Source: Amoebophrya sp. A120 (taxonomy: Eukaryota > Protista > Dinoflagellata). Taken from it: a stretch of 64,000 nucleotides of DNA. The number at the start of each line of letters is the position of its first letter. Within the stretch, counting starts at the first letter, position 1. The notes under the pieces were generated by a model. It worked only from the letters and a program-made list of their open reading frames with translations, made no database searches and was not told the origin of the DNA. The stretch spans positions 806,001-870,000 of the forward strand of contig CAJINV010000008.1 of NCBI GenBank assembly GCA_905178155.1, written 5' to 3'. Of this stretch, positions 49,901 to 59,880 are shown piece after piece. The position numbers were made by a program, and so were the translations under genes.

Positions 49901-52900
49901 CAATTGATAACTGGAATGCCGATGTGAAGCCGAAGCACCGCACGTTTACCGAAATCCAAAATGACCGGACAGCCGAACTGAAGATGGCAGCCAACGATGC
50001 TATCAATAAGTGGTGTGACGACAACCCGCGGGTAAGAGCTTTATGTTTATACCTCTTGTATGAAGCTGTATCCATCGACTTCAAATGTTGATACTGATAG
50101 AACTCAGAGTTTATGATTTACTTTCGTATTCCTGTGAGTTCGCGGCATTTGTTCTATGTAGATAGATGTTCGTCCTCTTCTGACTTAAATAAATGCAGAT
50201 GGTGCACGAGCTTCCGGTGGAGCAGGAATTTTCGGTGAAGAACCCGCCAATACAAAGAATAAGCGACAGGGCGGAAGCCGAGCATCAGCAAGCGCGCGTC
50301 CGTGCGGGCCTGCAGCCCATCCCAACGTACAGATTTTGCTTTGCTTTATCTAGCCCGAAGGAGACCAGCAGTCCCCGTCGGAGAACGCTGGACGTAGCAG
50401 CAGATCAGTGGCAAGTGTGGGATTCGAAATATTCGATGTTGGAAATAAGTAGGAGAGTGAAATGGTTTTGCACAGGTTCATTAATCCGGATCGCGAGATG
50501 CGTACACCAAGTTTAGAATACAACGAGGATCCGGAGTTTAAGTCACGCAAGGAGATGCTGGAGGTACGGCGCGCGTTGAAAGTTGCCGACCTCGAGGCGC
50601 AACGGAGGCACGGAGAAGAAAACTACATTCCGCTTTCCGTCCGCAAGTCGAAGTACGAAATGGCGGCAACCAAGTTCCGTGCCAGCCAGAAAAACGAAAA
50701 AACATTCTCGCAATTGTACTTTGATGATTTGCGTATAGTAGTCATTTCATTCATGATGTTACACGTGAGCGTTGGCGAAAGCTCAGCTGATGTAGAGAAT
50801 CTCTACCAACTGGCACTACGCGCATATTCACAGGAAAGAGCAGCGCAGGCGCGAGCGCATCGAGTATGACAGGCGGCACTTTGGAACGAACGATAGAACA
50901 GAGTATCGCTATTCGGATCAGGATCAGTACTGGTTTGATCTGGTGCAAAGGGTAACGAACCCCGCGGCACTCGAAAAGGTGCACGGCAAGACCAAGAACG
51001 ACTTCCAGCGGGCGCGCAGCGTCCCGGCACCATGTCTGAAGATCACAGAGCAAGTATCCCACGGGACATTTTGTTGATGCCGAGGCCAACAAGTTGGAGA
51101 ACATCTGAAACCTCTCGTGGCCGAGCTGCGCATTTGTAGTCTTGCATTTTGACGAGTCAAGCATCAGTGTTGGTGCGCCAATCAATCTTTCCAAATAAAA
51201 ATAATCGACGCAAGGCAATCGCATCGCAAGTTCGCCCTAATTCGAACTGGGATGCCAGCTGGTTGCTTGTATGTTGTTTCTTGCATGTTCTTGCAGCGTT
51301 TTTTTGAGTCACTGTAAGTTTCGTCAGATATGCATTGTGAGTCTGCCCGGGCGTCGTGCATCAGTTTTCGTCGCGATACTCGATACCCTACGAAAGAGAA
51401 ACGGAAATTCAGCCGCAGGACGAGAACATCGACCTTCCCGACAGCATCGAGGGCTCGGTACGCATTTCTGTTTGGTCAGTAAGAACCAATCCACGCGGCG
51501 TGCGCCGCGTGGGAAAAAATAAAGCAGCTCTTCAGCGTAGGCCCCATTTTAATGCCCGTCTGTCCTGAAAAATTTTCGCGCTCGGCTTTGTCGGGTCTAA
51601 TAAAGTGGCCGCGTTTGGCTTCTCTCGAAGTGGCCAAATTCGAGAGAAAACAAAGACGGCCAGGTCTGGCTTCGTCTCTACTGAGGCCCAGACTAACAAA
51701 CAAGCAACGAGGTCGCTTCTCGCTTTACAATAGTGGCCAGCTTTGGCGGCTTTTATTTCGGAGGCCCGGCCAGATCAGAAAGAAACCAGGAAAGGGCTCG
51801 CCTGTTGTCCGCTACCTAGCCAGGCCTCGCTTTTTGCTTTTACAAAAGCGGGCAGCTTTGGTTTCTTGTCAAAGTGCCAGGCGCTTCCTGAGCGACGGGA
51901 ATCGCGACAGCAGTGCGCGAAGCATCTAAATGCGAACGAGGCCCAGTCGCGCTCTTTCCACGCGGCGCGTTAGTCGCAGAAGACGTTTTTTGGGTTCGCA
52001 AGATTGCGGAAAGCTGCAGAAAGCCTTCAGAAGATTTTTGGACCTTCAAAAGAACTGCAACCTTCTGAAGGCCTTCAGGAAGGTTTTTTGACCTTCTGAA
52101 GGTCAAAAAAAAACTCGCGACTTTTTGCAATTTTTTTTGTAAAAAACGCCATTTTTTTCGTTCGGCCTTCAGAAGGTTGCAAAAATTGCACCTTCAGAAG
52201 GTGAAAAACCTTCAGGAAGGTCAAAAATGAACAGCTGACAAACCTTCAGAAGCTTTTGTGCATCAAAATTCTTCTGAAGGTTTCAAAAACCTTCCTGAAG
52301 GTCAAAATTCGACAAAAGCTTCTGAAGGTCTGAAAAAAAAAAATAATTTGCTCGAAACAGGACCTGAATCCGTTCCGATTTTGTGTCTTTTTCAAAACAG
52401 CCATTTTTGAACCTTCAGAAGATTTTTGTTTTCTTCTGAAGGTTCTTCTGAACATCGACCTGCCCGACAGCATCGAGGGCTCGGTACGCATTTCTGTTTG
52501 GTCAGTATGTTGATTGGGATTGACGAGCAAACCCTACTTCTTCTTCCCCTTGATGACTTCTTAAGTATTCCCCTTGGTTGAATAAGTAGTGTCTTCGTGC
52601 TTCTTGGTCATCGAGTGAGAAAGCACGGAGTAGAACATGTCCAAGAGTTTATAAATATGTTGAAACAACAAAAACGAACGCAGAACATCCAAGAACGCAA
52701 GAGCCGACTGAAATCTTGGAACCCGGGTGGAATCACGAAGTACAAGTACACGACAGAAGTGATCAAGTCCGGAGGTTTGAAGAACGCACCGCGACTGTTC
52801 GATACCTTGCAGCCCGAGAAACTCAGCTATCCAAATAAAGAAAAAGCGCACTATTAATATTTGCTGTTTCGTTTCTATTTTTTCGTGGCAGCCGTGCTGC

Positions 52901-53214
52901 ATCAGAGCGAATTACGTTGCTGTCTGATGTGATGCTGATCATCTATCGTCATGTGTGCCTGGCTGTGTTGTGGCAAATAGAGTAACTATTGGCGCTCCAA
53001 GGAAAATAAAACGGGGGAGAATCTGCACCAGCCTCCTAGCGAGATACACAAAGGATTGTGGTAGTACATCCTGTGATTGTGGACTGTTCTCTGTTGGATA
53101 TCGCTGCCGTTGACTTCATACCACTCGAGACGTATTCCAGCTTCAACGTTATCCGCCACGACGCCATGAAAAAGCACGCGGAGTTGAAAGCTCACACAAA
53201 AGCGCACGGCATGG
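46972..53214 (+). CDS. Multi-exon protein with EF-hand-like loops; 5' and 3' exons incompletely resolved
   Basis: YDIDGDGVVGARD and FDHDRDDRLNEQE. Exons from ~48210 to 53214 link through GT-AG introns and at least five introners. Confidence 0.55.
48336..48661. other. Decayed introner-type intron
   Basis: TAC...ATA, DR AAAGC/AAAGT. Rejoin IGKSFDHDRD links the two EF-hand-like loops. Confidence 0.75.
48751..49011. other. Decayed introner-type intron
   Basis: TAC...ATA, DR ACCAG/TCCCG. Rejoin WLDQFSFG is in frame. Confidence 0.6.
49288..49610 (-). mobile_element. Introner family B (323 bp), inverted relative to 26268 and 43817
   Basis: DR CGGTG. Rejoin DNGAVMQ. Confidence 0.92.
49648..49909 (+). 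mobile_element. Introner family A2 (262 bp)
   Basis: DR ACTGG. Rejoin PPHWNADVK. Confidence 0.92.
51424..52507. repeat. ~970-bp repeat-rich insert flanked by 58-bp direct repeats (51424-51481, 52450-52507)
   Basis: The two copies differ at one base. The interior has a GC hairpin and many CCTTCAGAAG/CTTCTGAAGG units. Confidence 0.85.
52828..53100. other. Decayed introner-type intron
   Basis: TATCCAA...TTGGATA, DR TCAGC/TCGCT. Rejoin EKLSAVDFIP. Confidence 0.7.
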
Positions 53215-55131
53215 TAATGTTCGTTTGTATGATGTCAGGATGATTTTGATTCCTCTTCGGGAGAAGCCTATGGGCTAGTAGGAATTTTTTGAATTCATCA
53301 ATTCATATTGCATGAGCTTCTGCATCTGCTGCTACTCGCATCATAAAAAAACAGAAATCGCGGCTGCTTGCAGACAATAACGTTGCCGGGGGGACACACA
53401 AAAACGATGCTACGGCGATAGGCAGAAGCAGTGCGGGAGCAACGGTGTCACTCAGCGGGACGCAAAGTCAAAACCGATCTGAATTCAACCCAAGCATGGT
53501 AGTTGCGAGCGACACACGCGTTGGCGCACCAATGATGGATCGGACAACGACGTTGTGGAGAGTATAGTCAGAAATTTCACTGTAGATGATCGCTTTTACC
53601 GTTGACTAGGTCGATGAAGAGAAGCAGTAAATAAATCAAAGCGAATTTCTACGAACAAATTCAGTAAAGCAGAAAATCGGAGTCTGGTAGTGGTATCTTG
53701 GTAAATCTAAAACACAACAGGCGAATACGACGGGCCATAAGTCGGTGCCACACTTCAAGGCAGAAGATTTTGGCGTGCGTACAGGTGGATTCCATATCTT
53801 GTGCAAAAGTGTCGTACGCACCAGAATCACCAGATTGCAACAGGAATGACAAACTTGCCTTTAAGGTCATGCATTCGACGGCACTAGCTCTAGAACCGCT
53901 CCCATATTGGCGGTGTCAAGTGCGAAGCAGTCCCTGACATGCATTTTTTTTCTGTTTTTCCATGCGCTAAATTGTTTTTACATGCGCGAGTGCGAAGACG
54001 GACGGCTAGGACACTTTTGCCGGGCATATTGTAGCGGTTAGAGCAAGTGGAGACCCTGAAGGGCGAACCGCTTGGGATAACAAATCGCGACGCGCTCAAG
54101 ACGAGGTAGACAAAGATCCGCAGTGAAGTATCTATCCGGAGTTCTCCCGTTTTCATATTGATGAGGCAGGTGGTTGATGATGATAGATGATGAAGGTAAC
54201 AGCTGCGGCCGTGACCTATTCACTTAGTATGGAATTAGGATGGCAAATTTGTATAATATGTAGCTCCCGAGCGGGGTCGTCGAAGGACGAGATCGAAGTA
54301 TAATGCCGAAAACCCAAACAAAAATTATGCACCTTATTTAATGATCTTTACGAATACGAAATGCTAGTAATGTCAGCAGAGCTCGAGATTTTAATCTCAT
54401 CGACAAAACAGCCAACTTCAATTTACTCATTATCTTCGAACAATGCGAAATTAGCCATTACATAGCTACCTCTACTAAGTATGCCAAAAAGTTCAGTTTT
54501 CTTACGTTGCCCTCGTGCTAAGGCGGTGTGTGTATCTGGCAGAGCCACGATAGCTCGAGCTTATTATCTCACCTTCGGGCAATACATTGATTGTGTCCCT
54601 CTTTCTTCTCAGCTTTAGCTTTACACACCGGCGAGAATGAAAAATGTATAGTACTTGTACAAAACTAATCGGAAGTGCGTATCAATCACAATTTGCCCTG
54701 CGTTGTTGTTTGATGCGTATTCACGAGCTCGAGGAAGCAAATGCGCGCGGTGCAGACGCCTTTTCTATTCTGCACCTCTTGCCGCGGTTGCGCACGAACT
54801 TTTGTAAAAATTCAACTCGTGGTAAAATTGAACAATCTGTGGCACTGTATAAAAAGCAAGTAAAAAAAGAAATAAATACTTTAGGTCTGTCTCCGTTGCG
54901 CTTGTGGACTCACTTCCCAGGTACAGCTATGAAACAGACCCGGTGCGGGTAAGTGGTTCTTCTTGTCAGGCACCGTAAGTGCAGCACTGCGCAGAGCACG
55001 GGCGCATTGGTTGCTGGATTCAAGCGCAGAAAATTCGATCAGGATTGTCGAGAAACGCGATCGATCTTTTTTCTAGCAGTATAGAGTCTAACACTGATCG
55101 ATTTTTTGACGACATTTGTGGGACTAAGAAA

Positions 55132-56890
55132 AATGCTCTCCACGTCAAAAGTGTCCGGCTTGGTTTCGCCAGCCGCCTTGGTGGCGTGCTTCTGGCTAAT
55201 TACCACGGCCTTCTACTCGAACCCGAGCAACACCATATTTTTGCGCGAGCTGCACTCGGGGGTCGCGCATAACCTGACCCGTTTCGTTGGAAGCTCGTGT
55301 ATTTGTTTGCTGATGTGGGCCTTCTCTACGAAGCCCACGATTGCGGTGCAGCATCTGGGTGCCTTTCTCTTTCCCGCTGCCTGCATGGTGGTGATGAACG
55401 TGTCCAATTCGGTGGCGTTAATCAATGTAGGTGTGACCTTGACGTACGTCATCAAAGCCACAATTCCAGTGTGGACCTGCTTGTACTGCTTTCTCGTGAG
55501 AAAAGAGCGGTTTTCCCCTTCCGTCATTTGCGCGCTCTTGCTCTGCTGCATCGGGGTTGGGTTGGCCAGCTTCGGGGAGGTGCGGTTCTCGTGGCTCGGG
55601 TAAGCAGTAAGTGATTAGTACTCGAAGTTGATACAGCTAATTTTTTTGTTTGATTATGATCATGACCATGAGATCATACATTGAATAGTGGAGGTCATGC
55701 GAAGTCATTGCGATTTCTCGACGGATGCTTTTTGCGTTGAGCCCTTCGTCTCTTGCCTTCGCCGGCATATGCATGCATCTGACGCAGATGAAAGAACGAC
55801 GTTCCATGGCGGTCAGTAACCTTTTGATTTTTTATTGGCGTTTTTATATCCGTAAGGAAGTCGAAGTATCACATGCGCCACACGATCATTCAGTTTTTTT
55901 GCCGCACTCCTGTCGTGTGTAGCGACGACGGCGTTCAACCTGAGCAGCAAGGCGCTGATGCATACGAAAAGCAAATACTTAAAATAAGTCGTGGCGCTGG
56001 AAAAAGAAGTGCAGATATTGTCATGCAGCTTTGTTTTTGTGTAGAGACAGAACTTTGGTTGGCCACTTCATTCACCAGCCTCACAAGAAGGGTGCGTAAG
56101 TATCTTCTTCTTCTAGGCCAAGACCTATAAAATTGGTTTGCAATTCATGACGCAGAAGTTCGCGCAGCCCCCGTTTCGTGCGTTTGGGACTTGTTTGGTG
56201 AACGCGTCGGTGCTGGCCTCGACCGTGTACGTCGCCAATATCGAGGGTGCGTTGGCGTTGAAAAGTTTCCCCGTCTACCAGACGACCCTAGACCAAACCT
56301 TGTCCGCCGAGCCGGTTGCGTGGAAGAGCTACTTCAACGACGGTACCACTGCCGCGAAGAAATGTCTCTCGTCCTTGCCACAAGAGTTACTCACGAAGTA
56401 CTGGCTTCTCGTGGTGCTCTTCATCACCTGCACCAGCTACTTCGCGGAGTATGGAGCGAACTTTGTGTACGCAGAACTGGTCACCCCGGTCACGTTTGCA
56501 ATCACAGATATCGTGCGCCGGATTTTCACCATTGTAGTGAATGCGGCGATGTACGGCTACCCTGTTTCCTGGCTGAATTTCAGCGGAATTTTGACCTCTC
56601 TCTGCGGGGCGCTGGCGTACGCACTTCTCACTGCGTCGAAAGGGGGGAGCAAAACTGCCGGTAAGGAAAAGGGTAGTGCGAGGGCGGCGTCGGTGAAGGG
56701 AGGGATTCCACTCGGACATTTGGCAGCTTTAGCAGAAAAAAATGCAGATAGTAGCTCCGTAAGCACGGCGAGCACAGCTTCGTCCTCGACCACAGCCAAC
56801 AAACTCAAAAAACCCACGCCGACCGAAACCGCCAAGCCGCGAAGACGTTCGCGCACGCCCGCCACCGGTTCTTCGTCCTCCAAGCGCTAG
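55132..56890 (+). CDS. Triose-phosphate translocator / SLC35E-like (DMT superfamily) transporter; join(55132..55599,55894..55962,56155..56890)
   Basis: NVGVTLTYVIKATIPVWT, GVGLASFGEVRFSWLGFFAALLS, VTPVTFAITDIVRR. Confidence 0.85.
55963..56149. mobile_element. Decayed introner (family A-like ends)
   Basis: TACGAAAAGCAAA...TTTGCAATTCATG, DR ATGCA/ACGCA. Rejoin SKALMQKF. Confidence 0.75.
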
Positions 56891-58150
56891 AATATGGACC
56901 ACCGGCAGGAAAAGTAGTCTTCCTGGTTGTTGTGGTTCTTTGTCGTTGTATGAAAATTTCATACTATTTGAATGCGAGAAGTAGGAAGATGCGGCTCACG
57001 TAGCTCCGTTGACCCACGCCCTTTTGGGTCCTTTCCGGGCGCTGACAAATGAAAGGTCCCAGACAAGATTCCGTTGATTGTATCGCGGATTCGCATGATT
57101 ACTTACAGAAAGTTTAGAAACCGAGCAGGCCACACGAGAGAATTATAACCCGGGATGAACTTTCTGAAGAAGTGAATCAATCTGTCGTACGAACAGCACC
57201 AACAGAGGTATCGAGAAAAGTGCACCGAGTGCCGCTCTGACGGAGTAATCTTGGCTATTAATTCGCATGAGGTGATTCTATCAGTTTGCATAGGAGCCAC
57301 AGGCACAGGCTCCGTCGCTGTTCTTTTTGACAGTCGACGAACAAAATTTTTCGCTTCATGCTCCGAGAAGCTCAAGTAAGTGCTTCTGTATTGGAAGGGT
57401 ACTCGGGCTGTGGCTCCGGCACTGGCTTGCCTAGTTGTAGACGGCTCAGTGCCACAGCCACAAGGCCAATAATTTGTGCGTATCTGTAAAGTTAGTGAGA
57501 GACCGACTGACGTTCTTTCACGGACTCGTGGAAGCAACGGGCTTGCTTCATTCGTTTTCTGTTGGGAGCCGTGTTTCTTGCTGTTGGTGCTGGTAGTAGG
57601 TGCACGGCTTCAGCGTTCGAGCGAGCTTCCATTTGCAATCTTTCAGTCGCGTAGCAGGATTCTCTAGCGCGAAAGAATATTAAAGCAAGACATGAGAATT
57701 ATCCGCTACTAGTTTGCACCTTAAAAGTCGGACTGTTCTAAAGCAGAAATCTGTGCCGCGTCGTGCTACTTTCAGTATGGAACATGCGTCAAATAACGTT
57801 GATCTGTTTCAAACAGTGCTGGCGTTGTCACGAGAGAAGCAAATCGAGGAGCAACTACAACCGTGGATGTGCGTTTTTTTTCGTTTTCGCAGCGAAGATG
57901 GAACTAGACAAACACGTGGTATGACTGTTTGTTCTCCTGTCGCTAGGGTTTCAACTTTAACTTCCCTCTTAGTGGCCGTATTAATTTACTTATCTCACAA
58001 GAAAGGCGACGCGCCCGCACGCAGCGTCATTAAAGGCGACATGGCGAGCAGTGATTCGTGTTAGTTTTCCGGATTTTCGTACGTTCTCATTGTTCTTCTT
58101 CAATAAACAGATACTCGGCCCTCTGTTTCGAGTATATTGATTAAGTCACG

Positions 58151-59880
58151 ATGAGTGGCGCAGCCCCAGAAATCGATTTGGAGGAGCTCGTACGAATTCG
58201 GGACCAGTATCGCGCGCTACTAGCTCATATGCGTTGCAAATATGTCTGGGTCCAGAAGCACGACGAAAAAAAATATTTGCATTTGGATTGTACACTTAGA
58301 ATGACTCTGCGTCTGTGCTTCAGTCGCAAAATCAGCATCGTGCTCCAGTGCTTATCTTTGTCCAACGCAGTGTGTCATGCGGTGCACTGGCCATCCCCGT
58401 CTTATTCTTAAGTACATCCTAAACTTGCCCGCGTACGATGGCGTATTTCCATTTTCTATGATTCACAACGCAATACTAACATAACTCTCCTCCACAACTT
58501 CCAGGCGACCTAAACATAGTTGCATGGGATAGCTCAGGCTCGGGAAAGGGTAGGTTCGACCGAGGCGGAAGTTTCGACGCTTTCGGATCAGGCACTAGAA
58601 GGTGGCGCAACGCGTGGCGCAGTAGGAAGAGCAACGCAATCTCTACCACAGCCGAGCGCCGCTCCCGCGCAGGAAATATGTACCAGACCACCGGCTACGA
58701 ACTCAGGACGATCTGCTGCCAGCATCAGTGGTGAGCGCTTCTTCGATGAAAGTTCCCTACATCAACACGCTGCGGCTGCTGCGGACAGTACTCGCAGATA
58801 CGACCATACTAGTTCGGCGGGTGCTGATATTGTCAATATCGGCGGTAGCGGTTTCGCCGAGCATCTTGATAGATCGAATCATGGAGGAGCCGGTTCTACT
58901 TCCGAAGCTTCTAGTGTGGCCTCGTCCAGTAGAAGTGGGAGGCGAGCGGGTCGTCGAAAGACCATGCTGGAGGAGCTCGTCGAGTATGCCGAATCATCCG
59001 CCTGCGGTAAGGACGAGCGTGCGAACTCGACTTGTTCCTGGGCTGAACCCAATGTTGCCGCCCAGAACTCGACCTGGGAAACTGGAGCATCTGTCCTGCT
59101 GCAGGGGCCGTTTCTGTTTAGTGGCGACCGCGCGGACGATACGAGAAGTGCAGGGGCGTCTTCGTCGAGGGCTGACCAAGTTGCGGTGACAGGCAGGGGC
59201 GGTCGCACTCCGTCCGGTAGTGCGAACCCCCGGTGGCAGGGCACGGAATCGTACCCCGTGGAGGTGACGCCTGACTTACCGCTCTCCACGCAAAGGATGA
59301 ACATCCTGGAGAAGCTCGCCCGCGATAAAGTAAGCGTGAAAGCGCACGCGTTGCGCGATCCAGCGTCGAAATCTAGCAACGCCGCCCCGAGCAAGTCTTC
59401 TTCCTCCGCAGGCAGCGTCATCGGGAGCCGGCGATCGGGTGCGACGCAACCGCCCGCATACTATGGGGGCGCGGTGGCGATGGGCGGTCGGACGCAAAAA
59501 AGTGCCAGTTCTAGTACTCTTGCGGAACAACCGCGGCCACTAACGGATCCAGACTATTCTTGCATCTCCTCGAGCATCGTGACCAACACAGTCGGCGGCG
59601 GTGCAGCAAGCTTGGAGAGGATGGCCAAGAACCGAGAGGATGCTTCCTATACCACCGAACTACAGAGCCAGGACCACAATTTTGTCGCACATGCGTCCTC
59701 ACGGGAAGAACACGATTGGCCGCCGGGGGCCGATCGGTCTTACGAGAACGATCACTTGCTCGCGAGCAACTTTAACGTAAACGAAGTGACAGGCGAGGTG
59801 CTGGTTCCGCCGGACCTGCGCGACAAATTTAATGATGCCTGTCGGGAGCTTGCCCTTCGTACCATAACAAAGGTGTTCGA
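58151..59880 (+). CDS. Hypothetical low-complexity protein; join(58151..58227,58537..~59880), further 3' exons likely
   Basis: Two ORFs join in frame across an introner (YRALLAQARER). Confidence 0.55.
58228..58531. mobile_element. Decayed introner family A (304 bp)
   Basis: TATGCGTTGCAAATATGTCTGGGTCC start, ATA end, perfect DR GCTCA. Confidence 0.85.

Noticed and set aside
52000-52449. CRISPR-like array
   Set aside because: Units are ~10 nt, irregularly spaced and in both orientations. There are no cas genes and the context is eukaryotic.
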